Both the position numbers and the translations under genes were made by a program. Of a stretch of 64,000 nt of DNA, positions 31,001 through 48,825 are shown piece by piece (position 1 is the stretch's first letter; the number at the start of each line of letters is the position of its first letter). The notes beneath the pieces were generated by a model that did no database searches, was not told where the DNA came from, and saw nothing but the letters and a program-made list of their open reading frames with translations. Source of the stretch: Eledone cirrhosa (Eukaryota); assembly GCA_964016885.1 (NCBI GenBank), contig OZ024743.1, positions 31,558,001 to 31,622,000 of the forward strand, written 5' to 3'.

Positions 31001-31370
31001 TATCTCCCTTACATTAATACTAGAGCTAAATAAATAAATAAATAAATAAATGTATCATTGATACATTTACTCAAAATGACCTCCCACTACCTAATTTTCT
31101 ATATATATATGTATCTATCTCTATTTCCTCTCTCTCTATATATATATATATCTCTTTCTGTTTCTTTACATGAAGTTCTTCTCTTTATCTATCTTTCCAT
31201 CTCTATATTTTGTTCCATGCATTTCTTCTTTTTACTCCTTTTCTTCGTTTTCTGTCTTTCTTTCTTTTTTCTCTCTTTCTTTCTCTCTGTATAAAATGTT
31301 TTCACTGCCAGCTTAACCTCTTCAAATGCAAGTCGGTGTTATAACGGTATGTCGAATCTATTTATCTATT
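28036..31370 (+). mobile_element. PLE family E: inverted pLTR (28036-29085) + 5'-truncated GIY-YIG ORF (about 29090-29990, internal stop) + 3'UTR
   Basis: IIWFAPP, CNCRDRSKCPLNNNC, YVGST and CDLCAEE motifs. About 30560-31370 is the reverse complement of about 28270-29085. HHR 28189-28252 (-). Confidence 0.88.
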
Positions 31371-31778
31371 TGGGAGAGATGACCCCTTAGCCTTTGTCAA
31401 GGCAGAATTCTAGGAGAAGGAAAACTCTGATATAACACCTGCAACTCTGATGGTATCCAATGATGTTGACTTGTTCTTCTTTTTGGTAAATATCATCTTG
31501 GTTAAGAGAGTGGGACTGGCTTTGTGCAGTGCCTTTGCTCACTATAAAAGCTTCACAGCACAGGCATTGCTTTATATCTGGAGATCTCTCTGCACTTGTC
31601 ATCACATGGTACCATGGGCCCTGCACTATGTGTCAATAATGGTCACAAGTGTAGTCTTTGTACCAGATTTTTCAAGTCGCTGGCTGGACTAAAGTCACAT
31701 TCGTTCAGCGCATCGGTAGGGGTTCTCCTACATGGATATAAAGTAGTGGCCGTACTCGAAAACGAGTTGGCAGCCACC
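31371..31778 (+). mobile_element. RTE-like retroposon 3' fragment with C2H2 finger, truncating the family E right arm
   Basis: [19 protein letters not shown], followed by ggcagccacc-(AT)n. Confidence 0.5.
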
Positions 31779-32047
<269 letters not shown>

Positions 32048-32092
32048 TATAGATATATACATATACATATATATATATAAATATATATATAA

Positions 32093-32143
<51 letters not shown>

Positions 32144-32198
32144 TATAGATATATACATATATATATATATATAAACATATATATATATATATATATAA

Positions 32199-32260
<62 letters not shown>

Positions 32261-32263
<3 letters not shown>

Positions 32264-32714
32264 AAGTGTTATTTAAATTGTTGGGTTACAACGAGTAAAT
32301 ATTTATAACTGATATAAAAGCACTCACCAAGTATTTTGAGTATATTTACGATATTAAATAAATGGAAACTATATTTATAAAACCATATTTATTTCATTAT
32401 ACATATTTCAGGGATATCATATTAAAAATATGGTATGCCTTCATCAGACAAAATACAATATAAACAGTCTTATAAATAGATAGATTTGACATACCTTACA
32501 CTTCAAACTTCCATTTAAAAAGTTGATTTGGTAGTGAAAAATGTTAGGGACAGTTATAGAGAAAAAAAAGAAAAGAAAGAAAGAAAGCGAAGAAAAAGAA
32601 GAAAAGCATGCAACGAAAAACAGAGAGAGATAAATATAGAGAGATAGATAGACAGAAGAAATTCATGTAAAGAAAAAACAGAGAGAGATAGATAGAGAGA
32701 GAAAAAGCAGAGGG

Positions 32715-32753
<39 letters not shown>

Positions 32754-35700
32754 AGAGAGAGTGAGAAAAAATAGAGAGAGATAAATATAGATAGAGATAG
32801 AGAGAGAGAAATATTGGTAGTTGGTCACCAGTTGAATGACGTATCAATGATATATTTATTTATTTATTTATTTATTTATTTAGTTATAGTATTAAGGTAG
32901 GAGAGATATATGTGGTTAGGAGAGAAAACAACCGTTACATAGAGAGAAAAGAAAAATATCGAGAGATAAACGAGGCAGATTCAAAACATTATGTTTCATC
33001 AATCTAAAATATCAATTCGTATGAATTAGGCATTATAATGTAAATATCAGTATTCATGAATGAGACACGTATCAATAATGTGTGAAAAATAATGATCATA
33101 TGTCTAGTTTAAAATTCCTAGGTTTATAATCAAAACTGAGGTAAAACTTCAAAAAAATTGAAATACATAAGTATATATGCACTTTCATGAAAAAAGAAAA
33201 AGAAAATAGAAGGTTATCCCAGATTCGATACTATAGACATCCATGTGAATATACGTGATCAACTCTGAAAATTCCTATTTCACATGAAAACATTCTCATT
33301 GTGCTATAAAAATTCTAGTATACACATATGTGTACATACACACAAATATATATAGAATCTACATTAATTTTAACAATAATATTCTTGTCTTTACTCTACA
33401 TGATTATCGTTCAGCATAAAATAGACAACAGATATCAATATATCAATAAAAATATTAAAAATATTAAAAATATTAAAAATATTAAAAAATATTAAAAAAT
33501 ATTAGAAATATTAAAAAATATAAAAAAATATAATTAAAACGCCAAGAAAATTCCCAGAGTATCTCGGGCCGTAATAAAAACACAGTATGCCCCGCAAATC
33601 AACCACAGAAATCTACCCTTCAAATTTATTTGACAATATATTGCCAAGTTCATTTTAAGCATCAGAATCAAAAGCAAACAAAACCAAAATTATTCACCAA
33701 ATCCTGTCTAGCAGAAATCATTACAAAAGTTTAGGATACCCATTTGATCTACAGATGGTCTTATATTTATTATAGAAGTTTATCTAGTGTAAAATTTATT
33801 CGATATATTTGGAGCATCATCTTTTAGGGTAGTTTAATTATTCGTGAAGAATGTTTAAAAAAAAAAAAAGAAATCGAAAGATTTATCGGCGAGTTTCAAA
33901 AATAATTACAAATCTTAAGTAAATATACTACATTTTAAATTTTTATTTATATTTAAAAGTTGAGTTCAATCTATGTCTGCAGCAACTGAATAAATTTGTC
34001 CGTAAATTAAGGGAATTTTTAGATTTTAGTATAAAGAATATCTCCTCCGCGCAGAGGTCACATGTCTCAGAAGATGAATTAAAAGGAATCCCTCTTGAGA
34101 CTATATTCCAAGCCGTCGAATATCCAACGTGATCATGCTTAAGTTTCCAGAGTAAGCCTGATAGTGATGTTGAAGATGTTTTGCTTGGATCTGTGAAAGA
34201 ATTCTTGTGGTTATTATATTGAAGTTTAAATTCTGTCGAGGTAGCACCAACATAGTTAAAAGAATTTAAGTCCGTTTTAACATTACAGTTGTATATTATA
34301 TGTTTAACTAAGCAATTGTTATTTAACGGACATTTAGATCTATCTCTACAGTTACATTTGTTTACTTGGATATTATTTAGGCTATTATCGGTATTTTGGC
34401 TAGGTTTTAAATTCCTATTATTTATTCTATTAATATTTTGTGCTAAATTTTTGGTGGATGAGTAAGTTAATTTTATAGTATGTCTATTGAAAATTGAGTG
34501 ATACTTATGTGTTCTAGGGAAGCGATTATCAAGAGCATTAAAAAATAGTTTAGCGATGTGGGTTTTAATGTTTAGTGAGAAAGGGGGGGAAAACCATATT
34601 ATATTTCTAGTTCTATTTCTTTTTTGGCTTTTGGAATTATTGTAATGCTTTCTATTATAGTTGTTAAAGTTGTTGCCGTAATTAAAATTGTTGTTATTTT
34701 GGTTAGTTTGTCTATTATTATCTATGTACATAATTTTATCACTATATCCTGCTCTAGCTAACGCTTCATTGTAATACTGGGCTTTTTCGTCGAAAATCCT
34801 TTTATTAGATGAGATTCTAGAGATACGTTTTTGAACAGAGTTCACTATAGTATTTTTAGCTGATCTGGGGTGGTTAGAGTTAAGACTGACATAGTTTAAG
34901 TTTTCATTCAACTTGTGAAATGGATAGTGAAGACATGTGTTGAGATTTAATGTTACATCTAGGAAATTGACTACGTTTTTTTTCATGAAAGTGCATATAT
35001 ACTTATGTATTTCAATTTTTTTAAAGTTTATAACTCAGTTTTGATTATAAACCTAGGAATTTTAAACTAGACATATGATCATTATTTTTCACACATTATT
35101 GATACATGTCTCATTCATGAATACTGATATTTACATTATAATGCCTAATTCATACGAATTGATATTTTAGATTGATGAAACATAATGTTTTGAATCTGCC
35201 TCGTTTATCTCTCGATATTTTTCTTTTCTCTCTATGTAACGGTTGTTTTCTCTCCTAACCACATATATCCCTCTCTACCTTAATACTATAACTAAATACA
35301 TAAATAAATAAATAAATATATCATTGATACGTCATTCAACTGGTGCCTAACTACCTATTTTTCTCTCTCTCTATCTCTATCTATATCTATCTCTCTATTT
35401 TTTTTCTCTCTCTCTTTTCTCTCTCTCTCTCTCTCTATCTACCTCCCTCTGTTTTTTCTCTCTCTATCTATCTCTCTCTGTTTTTTCTTTACATGAATTT
35501 CTTCTCTCTATCTATCTCTCTACATTTATCTCTCTCCTTTTTTCGTTGCATGCTTTTCTTCTTTTTCTTCGCTTTCTTTCTTTCTTTCTTTTCTTTTTTT
35601 TTCTCTATAACTGTCCCTAACATTTTTCACTACCAAATCAACTTTTTAAATGGAAGTTTGAAGTGTAAGGTATGTCAAATCTATCTATTTATCAGACTGT

Positions 35701-35814
35701 TTATATTGAATTTTGACTGATGAAGGCATACCATATTTTTAATATGATATCCCTGAAATATGTATAATGAAATAAATATGGTTTTATAAATATAGTTTCC
35801 ATTTATTTAATATC

Positions 35815-35815
<1 letters not shown>
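32261..35815 (-). mobile_element. PLE family E second copy: ORF 33943-34975 (RT C-terminus + GIY-YIG) with inverted pLTR 34978-35815
   Basis: NFLDVTL, SNHP, IIWFSPP and YVGAT motifs. 34978-35815 is the reverse complement of about 32345-33195. HHRs at 32391-32454 (-) and 35710-35773 (+). Confidence 0.92.
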
Positions 35816-39345
<3,530 letters not shown>

Positions 39346-39469
39346 TTTCTATTCTTTTTTCTATTCTTTTTTCTATTCTTTTTTCTATTATTTTTTCTAT
39401 TCTTTTTTTTATTCAAACTCTTTCTATTCTTTTTTCTATTCTTTTTTTTATTCAAACTTATGTGTGAAT

Positions 39470-39721
39470 ATGCAAATGAATATGTAAATAATTGAAAAAT
39501 AACCGTTTATTTAAATGACACTGTATTTTATCTGATGAAAGCGTACCAATGTTGTCTTGGTTGCCCTTGAAATATATATATAATAAAATAAATATGGTTT
39601 TATAAATATAGTATCCATTTATTAAATATAATTGAATATTTACTCCAGTGACTGAGTGCTATAAATCAGTTATAAACATGTATCTGTGTGTCGGACTTCC
39701 AACAAATTAAATACAACTTCT

Positions 39722-39725
<4 letters not shown>
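39470..39725 (+). mobile_element. Family E-related PLE 3' end with HHR at 39524-39590
   Basis: tattttat-CTGATGA...GAAAT-atatat-ATA-ataaaata; downstream sequence matches family E termini. Confidence 0.78.
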
Positions 39726-39756
<31 letters not shown>

Positions 39757-39779
39757 TTTTTCTATCTAAAAAAAAGTCT

Positions 39780-40030
39780 AAAGTCTGTCTTAAGCCAGAA
39801 GGCTCATTTGGCCGGTGCTTATCCCGGTTTCATGACGAAGCGACTGAGAGTACAAGACTCTCACTGGACAGGATGCCAGTCCATCGCAGGATTAAACCTA
39901 AGCTGAGTATACTGGAGCAACGTGAAATGAAATGTTTTGCTCAAAAACACAACACGCAACCCATGAATGGAGCCTACGACATTATGACCACAAGTTCAAC
40001 ACTTTCACCACTAGGCCACGTGCCTCCACG
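39780..40030 (-). mobile_element. tRNA-derived SINE family 2
   Basis: Minus strand: gtggaggcacgtggcctagtggt...ttgagcaaaacatttcatttcacgttgctcc...cctgcgatggactggcatcc; homologous to 48701-48825. Confidence 0.75.
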
Positions 40031-40077
40031 TTATTTCTATACGCATTCCAATACGCACACACCTACACATACACACG

Positions 40078-40181
<104 letters not shown>

Positions 40182-40188
40182 CACACAG

Positions 40189-40277
<89 letters not shown>

Positions 40278-41453
40278 TATATGTTTGTGTGTGAATCATT
40301 TAGACAAGAAAAAAGTGGAACGGAATTAGTCAGTGATTACATCCAGTTTATTCATAATTATTTTTCTTCTGTAATATTTTCTACCCATTACTCTGAGACG
40401 ACGATATGTCTCCCAAAGATGTTATTTGGCTCTATACCAATCATAAGAGAGGAATGCTAATATCAGCAGATGGATAGTATAAACGAGATTAACAAATTAT
40501 ATTAAATTTTACAAATGTTAATCGACACAAATCCTTTCAAAATATTAAATTTAAATAATATTATTTAGGTTCCTGTTCACGTAAAACACTACGAATGCAC
40601 AACATTGACGTTAGGTATGAAATTATCACTCCTCTCAAAGTAGCAACATGTTCAAAAACCTCGGCTTCCAGCTATAAAAGATTACTTCCTGATCATTGGT
40701 CAGTGGTCAGGTACGAAGGAGGGCGAAAAGGTATGAAAGCATTGTATGTGACTTTCCCCGATCACCATAATATATACACGCAAAGAATTATGTTTTATCC
40801 TAGGCTGTCTTTGCAGAAGAAAAACATAACATGTCACGCGGAACTTATGTAGGTGTCAATTATATATATTACTAAAAGTTTGTCATTGCTTGCTTGCTTG
40901 TTTGTCTGCATTGTAATACGGCCAAAAGGGTGCACAATGGGGAAATACTTTGAAAGGAAGTTGCCCCTGAAATGGGAATACAAATGGAATAAAACATGTT
41001 TCGCGTAAATCGAAGCACGGATTCCCGAGATATGAGTTTTTCTGTGTACCTTCAGAAATAGAGAGAGAGAAGGATAGAGAGACAGAGATAGTGGCTGTGA
41101 GAGAGTAGATTGAAAGAGAGACATAGAGAGAGAGAAGGAGACAGAGAAGGAAAATGGAAGAGAGAGAGAGTGCTGGTAGTGTTGCTGAATGAAATCATAA
41201 CCGATGACTTCAAAGAAACCAATACTGCATTACTGTATCCTGCTAAATAGAAGGGGTTTCTAAGTGTCTTTGTATATATGTGTATGCGCATGTATGAATA
41301 CACACACATAAACACACACACCCTTATATATATATATATATATGGGCTTTCCAATTTCATTTTACATTATATACAAGTCTGTGTATATGTTAATTATTTT
41401 AAAATTATTTTGAAATTATCTTGAAATTATCTTTAAATTATTTTTAAATTATC

Positions 41454-42030
41454 TTGAAAGTATTGCTAAATGAACACTGGCGAGACCTTCAATATAGTAA
41501 AGAATCATCTATACTCTACCAACATGCTAAAATAGAACATAAGGGTAATTTAGAGAACATAGAAATAAAAATAGAATCTACACACAGAAAAGACGCAATG
41601 TTTAGACAAATCATAGAGGCAACAAACATAAAAGAATTTCAACCAAAATTAAATAGAAAATATGAGTGGAACAGCAACATCACAACTTACAATTAAGGAC
41701 AAAATGAAAACACACACGCACATAGAACAAACAACCAACTTGTAACATGTAAATAAACAAATAAATAAACGAATATAAACACACACAGACACACGGATGT
41801 GGCGCAGGCGCAGACTGAGCACACGTCACACACACCGAAACAAGATGGCGTAAGACAGAATAAAGGAGAGGCACAAAATCAAAGAAAAGAATCCCCAGTC
41901 ACTGAAGAGGTCACAGAATATGTGACGAAAGAACTTTGAGAATATATAAACAAGCAACTGGTTGTGGAACCAACCAACCAACCAGAAATTTATAAATTTC
42001 TTAATTTATAAATTTATTATAATAAATTGA
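41454..42030 (+). mobile_element. PLE family H 3' fragment: GIY-YIG C-terminus + probable HHR at 41898-41940
   Basis: EHWRD..SSILYQH..EH..RQIIEA.NI..LNRK.EW. HHR: tca-CTGAAGA-g-gtcaca/tgtgac-GAAAG-aa-CTT-tga. Confidence 0.7.
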
Positions 42031-42149
42031 AGTCAAAGCAACTTGTGCGTGTGTTTCTTATTGGCAAGATGACCCTCCCAAAGTATAACAATATCGGTTT
42101 CAACACACGTTTTCAGATAAAGAATCTTGCTAAACAAATTCAGAAACGA

Positions 42150-42172
42150 AATATAGATATATATCATTAAAA

Positions 42173-42203
<31 letters not shown>

Positions 42204-42391
42204 CATATATATATATATATATATCATATATATATATATATCATAAATATATATATATATCATATATATATATATATATATATATATCATAAATATATAT
42301 ATATATATATATATATATCATATATATATATATAGATATATATATATATATATATATATATATCAAATATATATATATATATCATATATAT

Positions 42392-42445
<54 letters not shown>

Positions 42446-42561
42446 TAAAGAATGAAACAGTTCTAGTCCTGTAGAATCTCATCTATATTAAAACTTTTAT
42501 ACTCTGCAATGTATTGATTACCTTACTTACCGTGGTTACCTCCGATTCAACCCGGAATAAC

Positions 42562-42648
<87 letters not shown>

Positions 42649-43010
42649 TATATATATATATATATATAAATATATAAATATATATCATATATATATATAT
42701 AAATATATATATATCAATATATATATATATATATATCAGTATCATATATATATATATATCATATATATATCATATATATTTATATATATATGAATATATA
42801 TATATATCATATATATATATATAAAAATATATAAATATATATCATATATATATATATATAAATATATATATATCAATATATATATATATCAGTATCATAT
42901 ATATATATATATCATATATATATCATATATATATATATATATATATGAATATATATATATATAGATATATAAATGAATATATATATATATAATATATATA
43001 TATATATATA

Positions 43011-43057
<47 letters not shown>

Positions 43058-43124
43058 TATATATAATATATATATATATATAATATATATATATATATAA
43101 TATATATATATATATAATATATAT

Positions 43125-43192
<68 letters not shown>

Positions 43193-43221
43193 TATATATA
43201 TATATATATATTATATATATA

Positions 43222-43279
<58 letters not shown>

Positions 43280-43308
43280 CGTATATATATATATATATAT
43301 ATATATAA
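42150..43308. repeat. Degenerate (TA)n tracts containing a family G fragment (42449-42563, +)
   Basis: 42449-42563 matches the reverse complement of 15819-15931. Confidence 0.9.
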
Positions 43309-43309
43309 A

Positions 43310-43605
43310 TGAAGTAATTCCGTCGGAAAAGTCCAGGAAGTAAGAGTGCTCTATGTAGGTAACAGAGCTTAATAGTTATGTAATAAACAACATAAGACGA
43401 TTCTTCCATTTACCTGTGGTTTCTTGAAAGCAAAAAATGTTGCTTTCAATCCCCAGAATGAAAAAAATCATGGTCTATTTACTGAATTTTACAAAAATTC
43501 AATAAACAGACCAGGACTTTTTTCATTCTAAGGATTGAAAGCAAAATATTTTGCTTTTAAGAAACCACTGGTAAATGGAATAATCGCCTTATGTTGTTTA
43601 TTAGA
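43310..43605. mobile_element. Older PLE-terminus fold-back (arms of about 110 bp) containing an HHR 3' half
   Basis: Imperfect arms 43381-43490 / 43493-43602; GAAAC-cactg-GTA. Confidence 0.7.
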
Positions 43606-43660
43606 TAAATATATATATATATATATATATATCATATATATATATATATATATCATATAT

Positions 43661-43847
43661 AACGAAGGAAATGTGGAAGGAATCTGGTCGAACATAACGC
43701 ACCATAGTACGCAATACTTAGGGTAGTATAGTGGGTAATAGGAACGAGTAGGACTCCCACGGCTGAGCTCAAGCCGCTTCGACGGCTAATTCTGGACTCA
43801 GCTGTCGAAACGGCTTGAGCTCTGCCGTCGGTGTCCTACTCGTTCCT
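43661..43847. mobile_element. Miniature family B fold-back
   Basis: Long terminus on the left; turns inside HHR stem II at about 43800; ends at the short terminus gttcc|TA. Confidence 0.8.
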
Positions 43848-43869
43848 ATATCATATATATATATATCAT

Positions 43870-43900
<31 letters not shown>

Positions 43901-44013
43901 CATATACATATATCATATATATACATCATATAAATATATATATATCATATATATATTTATATCATATACATATATCATATATATTTATATATATATATAT
44001 ATCATATATATAT

Positions 44014-44144
<131 letters not shown>

Positions 44145-44164
44145 TATATATATATGTATATATC

Positions 44165-44249
<85 letters not shown>

Positions 44250-44370
44250 TATATATACATATATATATCATATATATACATATATATATCATATATATAT
44301 ATATATATATCATATATGTATCATATATCATATATATATATATCATATATCATATATATATATATATCAT

Positions 44371-44423
<53 letters not shown>

Positions 44424-44710
44424 CATATATATAATATATATATATATCATATATATATATATATCATATATATATATATATCATATATATATATATATAT
44501 CATATATATATATATATCATATATATATATACATATATCATATATATATATATATATATATCATATATATATATATATATATATATATCATATATATATA
44601 TATATATTATATATATATATATATGATATATATATATATATGATATATATATATATATATGATATATATATATGATATATATATATATATGTGATATATA
44701 TATATATATA

Positions 44711-46444
44711 TTAAACTCAACGTTTAAATATAAATATAAATTTAAAATGTAGTTTAATTAATTAAATAATTTAGTTAATATAAGAAACCTGTCGATAAAT
44801 CATTAGATTCCTTCACCTTTTTCATTTTCTTTGGTTAAGTACCCAAGTATACATTTTCTTCATAAATATAATTCTAAATATAATAAACTATTCTAGAAAA
44901 GTTTATCCTTTCAATATCTGGAATAAAATATACGTAAGATAAATTTCTATACTAAACATATTATTTTAGCTTAGATTCATATTAATTATATTATTTTTAT
45001 TAGATTCATTTTTATATTAGATTCATTTTATTTTTTATTGTTTGTTTTTTATTTGTTATTAGATTTATTTTTATTCTGATAGTTTCTCATAATTTTTATT
45101 AGATTTATTTTTTTATTCTGATAGCTTCTCATCATTTTCAAAAGCTTGTCCTCTCAATGTCTTGATTAAAATATACGTAAGATAAATTTCTATGCTAAAT
45201 ATATTAAACATTATTTTAACTTGAAATATTCTATAATATTTTGGGATATTTTAGTATTTTGATGTTTGTAGAATTCGTTTGCCTTTTAAGTTATATTGAT
45301 ATAATTATATTTCCAAAATATAATCCTTTTGTATTTTATATACTCAATTGTACTGTGTTATATGTTGATGTATATTTATGTCTATGTACGGCTTATGTAT
45401 CTATATGTGTGTGTTGACATACATATACATGTGTTCTGGGTTTTTTTTGTGATTATATGTCTGTCTGTATATATGCATGAGTGACGCGTGTATACCAATT
45501 GAAGATGCACACACATATCTATTCATGTATAGTTAAGAATTATGGGTGTGAATGTACAGGCTTACACATGCAGCTTTTGATTGCAGATATACATAATTTA
45601 ACAGCCATAAATGCAGAAAAGGTAATCCTATATATTTATATATATATACTAAATTTTTTTAATTAATAACATAAGGAGTGTATAGCAATATATAAACAAT
45701 CACTTATGCTTTGTATGTATACATTATGTGCGGGAGTAGATATAATGTGTATTTTCTCAGTCAGTGAGTATATATATATATTTATGTACCTTTGCCTATG
45801 TATATGTGATATACGATAGATAATCTCTCTAGCAATATATATATTTTATAATGCTTAAATTCCAATTTTTTATATATTGATCTCAATTTTTAAACTAAAT
45901 ATATAATCATAATTAAACAATGTGTAATTTCTCATATTATATATCTATATTCCATTCACGAATATATATATTTCTAATTTGATTTATTCATTTCATCTCA
46001 ATTATTAACTCAACTTAATATAACATAACTTAAGGTTTTCGTTCTCTCCCCCTCTCTCTATCTCTGCATATCTCTCTCTTGAGTTCTTTCTCTGTCTGGT
46101 GTTTTGATATCTCCCCGTTATTTTTCCTCTGTTTTCTTTTCTTTTCGCTTTCTTCTTTTTCTTTATCTATCTTTCCCTTTCTTTTCTCCACGTTTTTCTC
46201 TCACTCTCTCTCCATATTTTTACTTACTCTTAACACTATGACTTACTAAAGTAAACAAACCACTATCCGGATGGCCTCCAAAAACAACGGTCACTTTTTT
46301 GAAAGGGTACGTCAATATCTATTTGTAAAACTGTAATATATTGTATTTTGTATGATGAAGGCATATCATGATTTAACTTGGTATCCTTGAAATATATATA
46401 ATGAAATAAATATGGTTTTATAAATATAGTTTCCATTTATTAAT

Positions 46445-46448
<4 letters not shown>
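44711..46448 (+). mobile_element. PLE family E-related 3' end (last codons LNSTFKYK + long UTR; HHR core mutated to ATGATGA)
   Basis: Matches 29951-30000 and the family E terminus. Confidence 0.8.
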
Positions 46449-46490
<42 letters not shown>

Positions 46491-46494
<4 letters not shown>

Positions 46495-46927
46495 AAAGAA
46501 TAGAGGTGTAACACACAAGTTATTATATATTGGTAAACGGAATAGAAAATGCTGACAAATTGTTCACAGTTGAAAAATGGTTTAATTAGGAATAAAAGAG
46601 TATTAGTGATTGTATGGGTTAGTATTCAGTTGTGGTTTTAAGTTTTTAAGTTTTTACCGGTTGCGCATTTCTAAATGCTTTTCAAAAATAATTTTGAGAT
46701 AGAGTGTCCGTGCTGTTTGCTCTGTACAGATCAGAGCAAACAGCACGGACACTCTATCTCTAAATTATTTTTGAAAAGCATTTAGAAATGCGCAACCGGT
46801 AAAAACTTAAAAACTTAAAACCACAACTGAATACTAACCCATACAATCACTAATACTCTTTTATTCCTAATTAAACCATTTTTCAACTGTGAACAATTTG
46901 TCAGCATTTTCTATTCCGTTTACCAAT
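46491..46927. mobile_element. PLE-terminus fold-back with about 195-bp near-perfect arms and minimal U3-A8 HHR
   Basis: Apex at 46725-46731. tttTTGAAAA-gcattt/aaatgc-GCAAC-cg-GTA-aaa at about 46767-46805. Confidence 0.82.
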
Positions 46928-46951
46928 ATATATATATATATATATATATAT

Positions 46952-47100
46952 AACGAAGGAAATGTGGTAAGGAACCACGTGGATCATAACGCACCAAAGT
47001 ACTCAATACTTAGGGTAGTAGAGTGGGTAATAGGAACAAGTAAGACCCCGACGGCTGAGCTCAAGCCGTTTCGACTGGGCTAATTCTGGACTGAATGAAA
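46952..47100 (-). mobile_element. Family B terminal fragment
   Basis: Matches 7078-7225. Confidence 0.82.
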
Positions 47101-47101
47101 A

Positions 47102-47201
<100 letters not shown>

Positions 47202-47228
47202 TATATATATATAATATATATATATATA

Positions 47229-47346
<118 letters not shown>

Positions 47347-47348
47347 AT

Positions 47349-47401
<53 letters not shown>

Positions 47402-47418
47402 ATATATATATATATATA

Positions 47419-47503
<85 letters not shown>

Positions 47504-47689
47504 TATATAAATTATGGAATCGGAAAACGCAGATGTAGACAAATCTACAACCAGACAGAGAGACTACTGTTTATTTAGTCTGACAGAGAAAATATGAACG
47601 CGAACATTTCCTTTACTAATGTAATTCACAAAACGAATGACGTGGTCGTGAAGAATATGGGAAAACATTAGTTGTAACTATAGAACTAT

Positions 47690-47882
47690 GGAGTTGGATT
47701 GGCAGTATCGGTAAAGTGTCAGACACCCTACTTTGACGCATAGAGTTACGACCCTTGCTATTCTGAGTTCAAATCCTGCCGAGGTTAACTTTGCCTTTTA
47801 TCCTTACGGGGTCGATAAAATAAAGTACCAGTAATGCAGTGGCATAATTGCTGGCCTTGTGTTAAAAGTAGAAAAAATTATT
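47690..47882 (+). mobile_element. SINE family 1
   Basis: Homology to 12705-12890. Confidence 0.85.
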
Positions 47883-48700
47883 TGTAACTATAGAATCCGC
47901 GCAGAACCAATCACCTTATTAAATAAAATTCACGTTAACTATTTTTTCTGTGATATGTTCCTCCTTTTCCAAATATATGTAAAACTGATGTAAGGCTGTT
48001 TAAACAGCAAGGAAACAGAAAACACGTTAATCAGTTTTCTGTAATACTCTTTATCTTGCTATATATCTAAATACAATTAAAACCGATAACATATTTTTTT
48101 ATAAAGAACATTAGTTCATCGCTTTAATCAATTCGTCTAGCAATGATTCATGATAATATTTTCCTATACAGATATAAATTAAAATAAAATGAAATTTGAT
48201 GTGCATTCTATGATAAATGCAATTATGTAATTTACGCCACCACACAGCCACCTGAGTCATATATATTTTATAGCTCATAACAACTAACATGTTGTTCGTT
48301 GGAGCTGTAATATATTTTTATGTCAATTCATAGAATATAATTGAGCCAAATTAAAGACGAAGATGGGGAAAAGATAATTAATAAAGTTCACAAAGTAGAA
48401 TGTGTACTTAAATTATAAGAAGTATTAATCTAATTATCTTCCTGGTTATTAATTGGAAAATATGTTTTACTTTACATAATCATATTTGTTTTAATTCTAG
48501 TTCACTACTCCCAGGACATTTTACGGAAATTATTCAAACTCCCACATCACGTATTTTTACAAGATATGCAAAATATATTATAGTATTTGGCATGAAGGGA
48601 TGTCTGTGTGAATTGGTTTTAACGGGATTGTTTTGGTACGTTAATCAATTAAAATCCGTAGCCATGAGATTACCAACTTTTCTAATATTTGATACGATAT

Positions 48701-48825
48701 GTGGAGGCAATTGGCTGAGTGGTTAGAGAATTGGATTCGCAATTGTCTCGTTGTGAGTTCAATTCTCAGATCGGGCGATGCGTTATGTCCTTGAGCAAGA
48801 CACTTTATTTCACGTTGCTCCTTCT
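48701..48825 (+). mobile_element. SINE family 2, 5' part
   Basis: tRNA-like A/B boxes followed by ccttgagcaagacactttatttcacgttgctcc. Confidence 0.7.

Noticed and set aside
34975-34986. ATG start of the 347-aa ORF
   Set aside because: The Met comes from the inverted pLTR junction; the ORF is 5'-truncated within the RT.
42075-42125. Additional HHR-like motifs (also about 55497-55520 and 63040-63075)
   Set aside because: Cores or stems are too degenerate to fold convincingly.
48701-48780. tRNA gene
   Set aside because: It is the tRNA-like head of a SINE; no intact cloverleaf, and it continues into the SINE body.
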